From an uncultured Chloroflexia bacterium (lineage in GTDB: Bacteria; Chloroflexota; Limnocylindria; Limnocylindrales; CSP1-4), in NCBI GenBank assembly GCA_963729175.1, contig CAVSMY010000009.1:158365-222364 (forward strand): a stretch of 64,000 nucleotides of DNA, written 5' to 3'. Shown piece after piece: positions 56,429-64,000 of the stretch; position 1 is the stretch's first letter; each line of letters begins with the position of its first letter. Both the position numbers and the translations under genes were made by a program. The notes beneath the pieces are model-generated. The model was not told the origin of the DNA and ran no database searches. It worked only from the letters and a program-made list of their open reading frames with translations.

Positions 56429-57307
56429 CTAGCGGGCGGCCTCCACCGGCTCGGGCGCGCTCGGGATCCGGAGCGCGTCGTCGGAGGTGTCGATGTCGAG
56501 CCCGGCCTCGCGGAGGATCGGGCCATAGCCCTCATCCTCGAGCCGGAGCGCCAGGTCCGCGCCGCCGCTCTTCACGACCCGGCCGGCCGCCAGGACGTGG
56601 ACGACGTCGGGGGTGATGTAGTTGAGCAGCCGCTGGTAGTGGGTGATGAGGAGCACGCCGAGCTCGGGGTTCAGCATCGCGTTGACGCTCTCGGCGACGA
56701 CCCGAAGGGCATCGATGTCGAGACCCGAGTCGGTCTCGTCGAGGATCGCCATCTCCGGCTCCAGGACGGCCATCTGGAGCATCTCGAGGCGCTTCTTCTC
56801 GCCGCCGGAGAAGCCCTCGTTCACGTAGCGCGTCGCGAACTTCTCGTCCATCTTCAGAAGGGCGAACTTCTCGCGGATCTTCTTTCGGAAGTCGCCCATG
56901 CTGATGCCGCCGCGGGTCGGGTCGGTCGGGTCGATCTCGGGGTTCTTGTCGATGCCCTGGAGCTTGGCGTTGAGGGCGCTCCGCAGGAAGCTCGCGACCG
57001 ACAGGCCGGGGATCGCGGTGGGGTACTGGAACGCGAGGAAGAGGCCCAGGCGGGCGCGCTTGTCGGGGCTGAGCTTGAGGATGTCGCGGCCCTTCCAGTG
57101 GACCGAGCCGCCGGTGACGACATACGCCGGGTGACCCATCAGGGCGTAGGCGAGGGTCGTCTTGCCCGAGCCGTTCGGGCCCATGATCGCGTGGACCTCG
57201 CCCTTGCCGACGGACAGGTCGATGCCCTGGAGGATCTCGCGCTCGGGGTTCGCGAGCGGGGCGACCCGGAGGCCGCGGATGACGAGCTGCTGATCGGGAT
57301 CGGTCAC
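56429..57307 (-). CDS. sufC: Fe-S cluster assembly ATPase SufC
   Basis: GPNGSGKTTL, FSGGEKKR and ILDETDSGLD motifs. GTG 57307. Confidence 0.9.
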   Translation of the reverse strand: MTDPDQQLVIRGLRVAPLANPEREILQGIDLSVGKGEVHAIMGPNGSGKTTLAYALMGHPAYVVTGGSVHWKGRDILKLSPDKRARLGLFLAFQYPTAIPGLSVASFLRSALNAKLQGIDKNPEIDPTDPTRGGISMGDFRKKIREKFALLKMDEKFATRYVNEGFSGGEKKRLEMLQMAVLEPEMAILDETDSGLDIDALRVVAESVNAMLNPELGVLLITHYQRLLNYITPDVVHVLAAGRVVKSGGADLALRLEDEGYGPILREAGLDIDTSDDALRIPSAPEPVEAAR

Positions 57308-57342
57308 GGGACGGGTGTCTCTCCGGCTGGGGATGTGGGTCG

Positions 57343-57864
57343 TCAGGACGAGGTGGCGAGGGCCCGCTCCCGGTCGCGGGCGGCGAGCGCCTCGACGGCG
57401 ATCGCCCGCTGCGGGACGAGGTCGGCGAGGGTGATCGAGTCGAGCGTGCCGGCGATCGCGTCGCGGATCCGAAGCCACAGGAGGTTCACGGTGCAGCGCG
57501 ACGTCCGGTCGCAGCCGGGACTGTGGGCCTCGTCTTCGGCGGCGCAGATCATCGGCGCCAGCGGACCCTCCAGGGCCCGCAGGACCTCCGACATCGGGAT
57601 CGTCTCGGGCGCGCGAGCCAGCTGGTAGCCGCCATGGGCGCCGCGCGTGCTGACGACCAGGTCGGCGTCGCGCAGCGACATCGCGAGCTGCTCGAGGTAC
57701 GGCCGCGGGAGGTCCTCCTCGGCGGCGATCTCGGCGAGGCTGGCCGGCCCCGTGCCCCAGCGGCGCCCGAGCTGGACCATCAGCCGGACGCCGTACTCGC
57801 CCTTCGTGCTGAAGGCGAGGGCACCGCTGCCGTGGAAGGAAGGCCGTGGGGAGGCTGTCGTCAC
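57343..57864 (-). CDS. Rrf2 family transcriptional regulator (cluster-ligand Cys pattern C-x11-C-x5-C)
   Basis: FSTKGEYGVRLMVQLG wHTH N-terminus. LEGPLAPMICAAEDEAHSPGCDRTSRCTV. The start may lie slightly downstream of 57864. Confidence 0.85.
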   Translation of the reverse strand: MTTASPRPSFHGSGALAFSTKGEYGVRLMVQLGRRWGTGPASLAEIAAEEDLPRPYLEQLAMSLRDADLVVSTRGAHGGYQLARAPETIPMSEVLRALEGPLAPMICAAEDEAHSPGCDRTSRCTVNLLWLRIRDAIAGTLDSITLADLVPQRAIAVEALAARDRERALATSS

Positions 57865-57906
57865 CGGGTCGCCATGCTCGCTGATCCCGCAGATCGTGGT
57901 GCGGGT

Positions 57907-57933
57907 TAATCCCGACCGAATCTGTCGGGATTA
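57907..57933. promoter_or_regulatory. perfect palindrome TAATCCCGAC-N7-GTCGGGATTA upstream of rrf2-sufC-sufS (candidate autoregulatory operator)
   Basis: Read directly. 43 nt upstream of the Rrf2 ORF start. Confidence 0.7.
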
Positions 57934-57991
57934 GTCTACGGCGCCGCCATGATCGGACGCAAGCGCGGCAAGGGGTGCCGGATCCGGCGGC

Positions 57992-58555
57992 CTACAAGGA
58001 CACCCAGAGGTACAGGTCTCGGTCGGATGCGGCCGCATCTCGCGCCAGCGCCTGCAGTCGCCCGATCAGGTCGTCCAGGGTCTCGGCGTGCGCCCTGGAT
58101 AGCTGCATCTCCTCGGTGTTCGCCCAACGCACCGCCGCATCAACCCGCTGGGGGTCGGTCAAGCCGACGAGTCCATCGCGGAGCTCGCGGCGAAGGCGGA
58201 AGACCCACGGCCCTTGCCCATCGTTCGAGCGGACCACGTCGTGCAGGCCGTGGGCCTTGAGCTCGGCGACCGGAGTGCCGGTCACGAGCTGATCGAGCGT
58301 TCCCAGCTCGACGGATGTGATGCCGTTGCTCTGGACGAAGGGCAGGCGCGGAGCTGGCAGCGGGGCGTCGACCGGAGCGGGGGATGCTGGCTTGCCACCG
58401 AACCCCAGGAACCCGCGTTTGGGTCGCGGCGCCGGCGTCGCGGGTGGACCGCCCGGTCCCCACTCGATCGACACGGCGGCCAGCTCATCCGGTGTGGCAG
58501 CAAAGAAGTCGCTGAGAAGTCCCACCGTCCCCCTCTTACCAAGTGACGTCGACAT
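57992..58555 (-). CDS. hypothetical protein
   Basis: 187-aa ORF 46 nt downstream of the ferredoxin-cyclase gene on the same strand. Pro-rich linker. No family recognised. Confidence 0.5.
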   Translation of the reverse strand: MSTSLGKRGTVGLLSDFFAATPDELAAVSIEWGPGGPPATPAPRPKRGFLGFGGKPASPAPVDAPLPAPRLPFVQSNGITSVELGTLDQLVTGTPVAELKAHGLHDVVRSNDGQGPWVFRLRRELRDGLVGLTDPQRVDAAVRWANTEEMQLSRAHAETLDDLIGRLQALARDAAASDRDLYLWVSL

Positions 58556-58601
58556 CCTAGGCCGCCGTGGAACGCTTCGACCGATCCGGCCGCCAGCGAC
58601 G

Positions 58602-59339
58602 TCAGGTCCAGTCGATCGTCACCACGTCCATCGGCTGGTCGAGGCCTTTGAGCTCGATCGACCGCGCCGGGAGGCCGGCGAAGCGCGTCCCGTCGACCGT
58701 CTCGCGGGAGGCGATGATCTCGCCGCCCTCGGCCGCGGCGGCGATCCGGGCAGCCTCGTGGACCCCCTTGCCGTGGTAGTTCTGGCCGACCTGCTGGGCG
58801 TTCGCGAGGTGGATGCCGATCCGGACCTGCGGCGCGAAGCCTGACGAGCGGCGATGGTCCGCCAGCGTCCGCTGGATCGCCATCGCGCAGGCGATCGCGT
58901 CATCGGGCGCGTCGAAGCCGACGAAGAACCCGTCGCCGGTGTTCACGACCTCCTGACCGCGATGAGCCGCGAAGCGCTCTCGCAGGGTCTCGTCGTGCCA
59001 GGCGAGCAGCGTCTGCCAGGCCTCGTCACCGAGGGCGACCGCGAGGTTCGTCGAGCCGACGATGTCGGTGAACATGAAGGTCTTCTCGACCCGCCGGGTC
59101 GTCCCGACGGCCGTCCGGAGCGCCCACGGCAGCAGGTCCCCGACCTCCTCGAGCTCGATCGCCCGGGTCGGGCAGACCATCACCGCCTCGCGGAGGAGCT
59201 CCTCATCGACGCTGTCCTCGTCGAGGATCGCGGCCTTCAGGTGCTCGCCCGGAAGCCAGTCGAAGACCGTCGGAGCGAGGGCGATGCAGTTGCCGGCGCC
59301 GACGCAGCGCGGCCGGTCGAGGCGGACGCGGACGGTCAT
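58602..59339 (-). CDS. ferredoxin-domain::class III nucleotidyl cyclase fusion protein
   Basis: N-terminus MTVRVRLDRPRCVGAGNCIALAPTVF...VMVCPTRAIELEE (CxxAxxC...CP single-cluster ferredoxin). Then cyclase motifs FMFTDIVGST, NTGDGFFVGF and GKGVHEAARI. Confidence 0.85.
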   Translation of the reverse strand: MTVRVRLDRPRCVGAGNCIALAPTVFDWLPGEHLKAAILDEDSVDEELLREAVMVCPTRAIELEEVGDLLPWALRTAVGTTRRVEKTFMFTDIVGSTNLAVALGDEAWQTLLAWHDETLRERFAAHRGQEVVNTGDGFFVGFDAPDDAIACAMAIQRTLADHRRSSGFAPQVRIGIHLANAQQVGQNYHGKGVHEAARIAAAAEGGEIIASRETVDGTRFAGLPARSIELKGLDQPMDVVTIDWT

Positions 59340-59358
59340 CGTGCCGACCCTTGGGGCT

Positions 59359-62300
59359 TCACGGGCCGTCGCCCCGGAGCGCCAGCGCCGTCGCTTCCGA
59401 TCGCGAGCCGACGCCGAGCCGGGCATAGAGCTCGGTGAGCTCGCGCTCGACCGCAGGCTCGTCGATCCCGAGGATCGTCGCGATCTCGTCGTTCGTCCGG
59501 CCGTCGGCGACGAGCCGCAGCAGGTCGGGTGGGGTCGCAGCAGCGCCACCCTCGCCGCGGTCGTCCCCCGCGAGCTCGGCGAGCTCGCGCCCGCGTGGTC
59601 CGCGGAACCATGCCACCCGGCAGCCCTCGTCGATCGTCCGCCGCGCGATGAGGTCCCGGAGGAGTCGCAGCTCATCCCGGACCGTTACGCGCTCGTCGTC
59701 GGAGCCATGGGCCAGGACGACCCGCGCCGCCGGGACGAGGATCTCGAGGTGCGGGTCCTCGCGCATCGCGACCCGGCGCGTTTCGAGGGCCGCGCGTGCG
59801 GCCGCGAGAGCGTGCTCGGTGTCCCCGCGAGCCTCCGCGACGGTCGCGCTGACAGCGTCCGCCTGGGCGCCCCAGGGAGGATGCCCGGGCAGGTCCCGCA
59901 CGATCCGCCGGACCTCCGCTGCGGCAGTCTCCGCCTGATCGAGCATCCCATCGTCCGTCGTGTCGCGGCCGACCCGCGCGAACGCGAGCGCCAGGGTCGC
60001 GAGCGCCTCACAGCGTCCAGCGGGCCGGCCGGACGCGGTCGCAAGCTCGACGGCCCGCTCGAGGTGGGCCCGCATCTCGGATCCCTCGCCGCGGACCTCG
60101 GCCAGGATCCCCCGCCACGTCTCGAGCTGGCGGGCACGGAGCGGCGTCGGGCACTCGGCGGCTTCATCGGCCGCAAGGTCGAGCCAGCGCCCCGCCTCAT
60201 CACTCGCCCCGATGTCGAGATGCGCCATCGCGGCTCCGCCGGCGGCGGCGAACGAGAGCGGATGATCGCCCAGCAGCTTCGACCGCTCGTACGCCTCGAC
60301 CCCGCGCGAGACGGCGAGGTCGGGAATCACCTTCGAGCGCGCGAACACGTGGACGCTGTAGAGCAGCCGGGCCTCTGCGCCTGATCGATCGGTCTCGCGG
60401 CTGAATGATCTCAACTCGCTACTGAGCGTTCGGATCTCCTCGATCACCTGGGCCGGGTCGCTCCCGAGGTGGATCTCGCCGGCCCTCCGGAGATACGCCT
60501 GGGCGATGATCGTCGACATCGCGCCGCGGCGATCGCCGACCGCCTGGTACCGCTCCAGTGCCCGCTCGAGGATCGCGTCGGTCTCCATGAAGAGATCGAC
60601 GATCGGAAGCTCGGGCAGGATCGACATGAGCATCTCGCCGTGGGCGACGCGCTGAAGGATCGGGAGATGCGCGCCGGACTCCAGCCAGCCGATGAACCAT
60701 TGCCGGACACGCGACGACCCGATGACCCCGCGCTCGCGGAGCGCGGCCGCGAGCCGGGCGTCATCGCCCAGCTCCTCTGCGAGGACGATCGCCCTGTCGT
60801 ACGCCTCCTGGGCCGCGTCGAGCTCGTCTCCGCGGACCATCGGGCCGTAGCCCTCGCCGATCGCCGAGTGGAGCAGGTCCTGGCCGAGCTCGAGGTTCGC
60901 CGCGAGCTCCTGAGCCCGGTCGCCATCGTCGGCGGCCCGTTGTCGTGCAGCGCTCGCGAGTCGAGCGGCGCGATCGTGCTGGCCATCGGAGCGGAGTGCC
61001 GCGGCGCGGCGAAGTGCGACCTCGATGCCGAGAGTCTCGTCCCCGGACGCGTCGGCGAGCGCGGCCAGTTCGGCCAGGCTCTCCAGACGATCGGATGGCC
61101 GCAGGAGCATCTCGAGGGCGTCGTCGCGGGCACGGAGCAGCGCCACCCGCTCCGCCCGTGTCCCGATGATCGGCAGGGCCTCGTCCGCGAGCCGGAGGGC
61201 CTCCTCCGGGGCGTTCGCGGCGAGCGCCGCCGTGGCCGCGCCGATCGAGAACCGGGCGCTCCGCTCGGGGTCGCCGGCCGCGAGGGCATGACGTGCGAGG
61301 CTCGGCAGGGCCTCCGGCGGCGGTTCGCCATCGGCGGTCAGGATGTCCACGATCGCCTGGTGGATCTCCCGCAGCCGGGCGGCCGACAGAAGGCCCAGGC
61401 TCGACTCGCGGACGGACTCGTGTCCGAAGCGGTAGTCGGCCCCGGATCCGTCACGGACCTCCTGGAGGAGTCCGGCCGCGACGGCCGGCGCGAAGGAGTC
61501 CGACAGGGACGTCGGGGTCGTGGAGGTGTCCCCGAGACGTGTCCGGACCGCGCAGAGGTCGGCGAGCCGGAAGCTCCGGCCCAGCACGGCCGCCTCCGAC
61601 AGTGCCACACGCGCGGCCTCGTCGAGGCGTGCCGCGCGCCGCTGGACGAGCGTCCGGACGGCGGAGGGCAGGAGGCGCCCGGCCTTTGGATCGAGCTTCC
61701 AGACGCCATCGAAGCGCTGCAGGAGGCCCGCGTCGACGTACGTCCGGACGAGCTCCAGGACGACGAACGGGACGCCCTCGGCTTGAGAGTGGAGGGTCGC
61801 CGCGCTGGAGGGGTCGACCTGTCCTCCGAGCCGGAGCCGGATGAGCTCTGCGGTCTCCGTCTGGCGGAACCTGGCGATCGGGACCCGTCGCAGCAGACCG
61901 AGCCGATCGACGTCGGCGAGCAGATTGACGAGTTCGGGCACGCTCGTCGCCTCCTCGGCGCGCATCGCGAGGACGATGAGGATCGGGATCCCGGGCTCCG
62001 TGCGGACGAGGTAGCGGATGATCCGGAGGGAGTCCGTGTCCGCCCATTGGACGTCGTCGAGGAGGAGCGCGATCGGCCGCTCGAGGGCGGTCACGCTCAA
62101 GGCGAGCGTCGCCTGGTCAAGCGCCCGGAGCATCCGCTCGTCGGGCAGCAGCCCATCGAGAGCGGAGTCTCGACCCGTCAGCGTGTCGCGGGCTCGATCG
62201 AGCGCCTCGATCGCAGCCGGACCCGCGCCGTCGCGGAGCGCCGGGCTCGAGACGATGCCGCGAGCGGTGAGGAACGGGCCGCGGATCTCCTCGTCGACGG

Positions 62301-62520
62301 TGACGGTGAGGGGGACGAAGCCGTCGGCCGCGGCGAGCTCGGCCGTGGCGGTGAGCAGGCGGCTCTTGCCGATGCCAGGCTCGCCCTCGAGGCTCAGGAC
62401 GAAGATCCCGTCCCGTGCCCGTCGGAGCGTCGAGGCGACGGCTGCGAGCTCCGCGGTGCGCCCGACCAGGTCGCCCGCGAGGCGCGCCGGCGGGCCTGGC
62501 GCCTTCTCGCTGATCGTCAC
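59359..62520 (-). CDS. LAL-type (large ATP-binding LuxR family) STAND regulator: AAA / helical repeats / LuxR HTH
   Basis: Walker A GEPGIGKSRLL and Walker B LLLDDVQWAD. C-terminal LLRLVADGRTNDEIATILGIDEPAVERELTELYARLGV. GTG 62520 is preferred over the longer Arg-rich extension to 62790. Confidence 0.85.
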   Translation of the reverse strand: MTISEKAPGPPARLAGDLVGRTAELAAVASTLRRARDGIFVLSLEGEPGIGKSRLLTATAELAAADGFVPLTVTVDEEIRGPFLTARGIVSSPALRDGAGPAAIEALDRARDTLTGRDSALDGLLPDERMLRALDQATLALSVTALERPIALLLDDVQWADTDSLRIIRYLVRTEPGIPILIVLAMRAEEATSVPELVNLLADVDRLGLLRRVPIARFRQTETAELIRLRLGGQVDPSSAATLHSQAEGVPFVVLELVRTYVDAGLLQRFDGVWKLDPKAGRLLPSAVRTLVQRRAARLDEAARVALSEAAVLGRSFRLADLCAVRTRLGDTSTTPTSLSDSFAPAVAAGLLQEVRDGSGADYRFGHESVRESSLGLLSAARLREIHQAIVDILTADGEPPPEALPSLARHALAAGDPERSARFSIGAATAALAANAPEEALRLADEALPIIGTRAERVALLRARDDALEMLLRPSDRLESLAELAALADASGDETLGIEVALRRAAALRSDGQHDRAARLASAARQRAADDGDRAQELAANLELGQDLLHSAIGEGYGPMVRGDELDAAQEAYDRAIVLAEELGDDARLAAALRERGVIGSSRVRQWFIGWLESGAHLPILQRVAHGEMLMSILPELPIVDLFMETDAILERALERYQAVGDRRGAMSTIIAQAYLRRAGEIHLGSDPAQVIEEIRTLSSELRSFSRETDRSGAEARLLYSVHVFARSKVIPDLAVSRGVEAYERSKLLGDHPLSFAAAGGAAMAHLDIGASDEAGRWLDLAADEAAECPTPLRARQLETWRGILAEVRGEGSEMRAHLERAVELATASGRPAGRCEALATLALAFARVGRDTTDDGMLDQAETAAAEVRRIVRDLPGHPPWGAQADAVSATVAEARGDTEHALAAARAALETRRVAMREDPHLEILVPAARVVLAHGSDDERVTVRDELRLLRDLIARRTIDEGCRVAWFRGPRGRELAELAGDDRGEGGAAATPPDLLRLVADGRTNDEIATILGIDEPAVERELTELYARLGVGSRSEATALALRGDGP

Positions 62521-62731
62521 GAGGGCATTCCGGGCACGGGGATGCCGACGGCGACGAACGATAGGACGAGCGCGCGCTGCACCCAGGTCATCGGGCCCCA
62601 CCTCGACGGGATGTCGGTCGGATGGTACGCCCGACCGCCCGTCCCATCTGCGGGCGGATGGAGCGCGCTCGACGCTCTCTCCCCAGTGACGAGCGCGCTC
62701 TCGGCATGACTGAGTCCTGAGACGCCTCCGT

Positions 62732-62768
62732 CGGTTCCCGAAACGACGGGATCGCGAATCGGGAACCG
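62732..62768. promoter_or_regulatory. 10-bp inverted repeat CGGTTCCCGA-N17-TCGGGAACCG in the LAL / ECF-sigma divergent region
   Basis: Read directly. Each arm carries GGAAC on one strand, which is like an ECF -35 element. Confidence 0.45.
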
Positions 62769-62836
62769 ACCGCCGGTGGCGCCGACTCATATCCTGCGGA
62801 AGCGATCCCCGACGCGATCGCCGTACCGAGGGTGGG

Positions 62837-63388
62837 ATGGACCGCGAGACCGTGGAGCGGGCGATGGGCGGCGATCACGCCGCGTTCGCCGAGCTCGCAC
62901 GCCGCTCGATCGACCGTCTCTACGCGACCGCGCGCCTCATCACGCGCGAAGACGCGCTCGCGCAGGACGCGGTCCAGGAGGCACTCGTGTCCGCCTGGCG
63001 GCACATCGGGTCGTTGCGAGATCCCGATCGGTTCGAGGCCTGGATCTACCGGCTGCTCGTGAACAGCTGTCGTCGCGAGCTGCGACGGGGCCACCGGCAG
63101 ATCACCGAGATCCAGATGCCGGACAGCGTCGGCCACGAGCCCGACCCAGGCGAGCTGGTCGCTGATACGGATCAGCTCGAGCGCGGTTTCCGGCGTCTCG
63201 ATCCTGACCAGCGAGCCGTGATGGTCCTCCACTACTACCTCGGCCATCCCCTGACCGAGATCGCCGAGATCCTCGATCTCCCGCCCGGGACGGTGAAGTC
63301 CCGGCTCCATCGCGCGACACGCTCGATGCGGGCGGCACTCGATGCCGATGCCCGCGCCGGAGCGGTGGCGCAAGGACGGCTGGCATGA
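62837..63388 (+). CDS. ECF-type RNA polymerase sigma-70 family factor
   Basis: Region 2 (DAVQEALVSAWRH...FEAWIYRLLVN) and region 4 (LTEIAEILDLPPGTVKSRLHRA). Confidence 0.9.
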   Translation: MDRETVERAMGGDHAAFAELARRSIDRLYATARLITREDALAQDAVQEALVSAWRHIGSLRDPDRFEAWIYRLLVNSCRRELRRGHRQITEIQMPDSVGHEPDPGELVADTDQLERGFRRLDPDQRAVMVLHYYLGHPLTEIAEILDLPPGTVKSRLHRATRSMRAALDADARAGAVAQGRLA

Positions 63389-64000
63389 CCGTGCAGAACG
63401 ACGTCGACTTCGACCGGACGATGACGGCCTGGCTCGGCCAGGAGGCGCCGACTCGGGCGCCGGAGTTCCTTCTCGGCGACGTGCTCGACGCGACGACGGT
63501 CATCCGGCCCGGTCGAGGCTGGCTCGCCCGGCTCGATCCCGCCGGCAAGTCCTTCGCTCGAGCTCGGGTGCTCGGCACGCGCGCGGCGGCGGTCGTCGCG
63601 GTCGCGGCGATGATCTCGGTCATCCTCGGGCTCGTCATCATCGCCGGCACGAGACCGCACAACGGGCTGCTGGCCTACACCACGCTGCCGACGGACGAAG
63701 GTTCCTTCGCGATCACCGTCGTCTCGCCCGATGGCACGGCCGGTCGACCGCTCGTGGTGGCCGGCGACCTGGAGCAGCTCCAGTGCCCGGTGTTCTCGCC
63801 GGATGGTGGTTCCATCGCCTTCGTCGGTGGGCAAGCGGCGGAGCTCGAGGTCATCGGCGTGGACGGCTCAGGTCGGCGCCGGGTGGGCGGCCACGTGAGC
63901 TTCCAGGGCCCGACGGGATCGTCGGCCATCGCCTGGTCGCCCGACGGGACGCGCATCGCCTACGGCCTCGACACGATGGCGACCGACCAGACCGGGCCGC
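63385..64000 (+). CDS. putative anti-sigma factor with TolB-like (PD40) beta-propeller repeats, 3' end outside window
   Basis: ATGA overlap with the sigma gene. One TM helix (AAVVAVAAMISVILGLVIIAG). Repeats FSPDGGSIAF and WSPDGTRIAY. My own translation; the frame is open to the window end. Confidence 0.7.
   Translation, partial: MTVQNDVDFDRTMTAWLGQEAPTRAPEFLLGDVLDATTVIRPGRGWLARLDPAGKSFARARVLGTRAAAVVAVAAMISVILGLVIIAGTRPHNGLLAYTTLPTDEGSFAITVVSPDGTAGRPLVVAGDLEQLQCPVFSPDGGSIAFVGGQAAELEVIGVDGSGRRRVGGHVSFQGPTGSSAIAWSPDGTRIAYGLDTMATDQTGP

Noticed and set aside
1-64000. tRNA, rRNA, tmRNA or RNase P genes
   Set aside because: I saw no T-loop-type GGTTCGA(A/G)TCC context with a matching acceptor stem, and no rRNA-like conserved blocks. 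Nearly all sequence is accounted for by protein-coding genes.

Overview
Very GC-rich (about 70% by eye), gene-dense chromosomal segment with Actinomycetota-type content. About 60 genes are supported by protein signatures. The remaining large six-frame ORFs are Arg/Pro/Gly-rich shadow ORFs lying antisense or out of frame to these genes.

Main blocks, in order:
- MarR, two enoyl-CoA hydratases, EthD and a fumarase/aspartase-family lyase.
- A minus-strand stress island: sodC, two PadR-plus-membrane modules and a Rieske protein, with a divergent LolA-like gene. Its reading frames are heavily disrupted.
- A CPA2 antiporter, an APC permease and a GlnA-like synthetase.
- A CarH/LitR-type B12 photoreceptor regulator next to an SDR / SRPBCC / amine-oxidase / DUF1365 / CFA-synthase cluster.
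- Ankyrin protein, SDR, ppgK, an RCK K+ channel and an aldehyde dehydrogenase.
- NUDIX plus small membrane protein, divergent from a zinc-ribbon / adenylate cyclase / AAA / TPR STAND protein.
- purE and a GrpB-purK fusion; a KamB/NpmA-like methyltransferase with an in-frame TAA.
- A nucleoside hydrolase plus ECF transporter.
- Phosphoketolase and acetate kinase.
- A lipoprotein peptidase.
- A sulfur-carrier cysteine operon: rhodanese-E1, CysO, CysM and Mec.
- A split SUF cluster (rrf2-sufC-sufS, a 2.5 kb insertion, then sufU).
- A LuxR-type STAND regulator with a ferredoxin-cyclase fusion.
- An ECF sigma / anti-sigma pair.

No rRNA, tRNA, CRISPR array, transposase or integrase was recognised.

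Most notable observations:
1. The same palindrome lies upstream of rrf2 and of the displaced sufU.
2. Five helically phased TTGCA-N5-TGCAA sites sit in a convergent spacer.
3. A LAL regulator and a ferredoxin-cyclase fusion form one operon.
4. Short tandem duplications sit exactly on gene boundaries. One fuses the E1 to CysO; another separates ecfT from ecfA.
5. More than 20 reading-frame disruptions are present, about half of them in the 5.4-9.7 kb island. Many are at homopolymers, so assembly error must be excluded before calling pseudogenes.

All homology calls come from motif recognition by eye, not from database searches.
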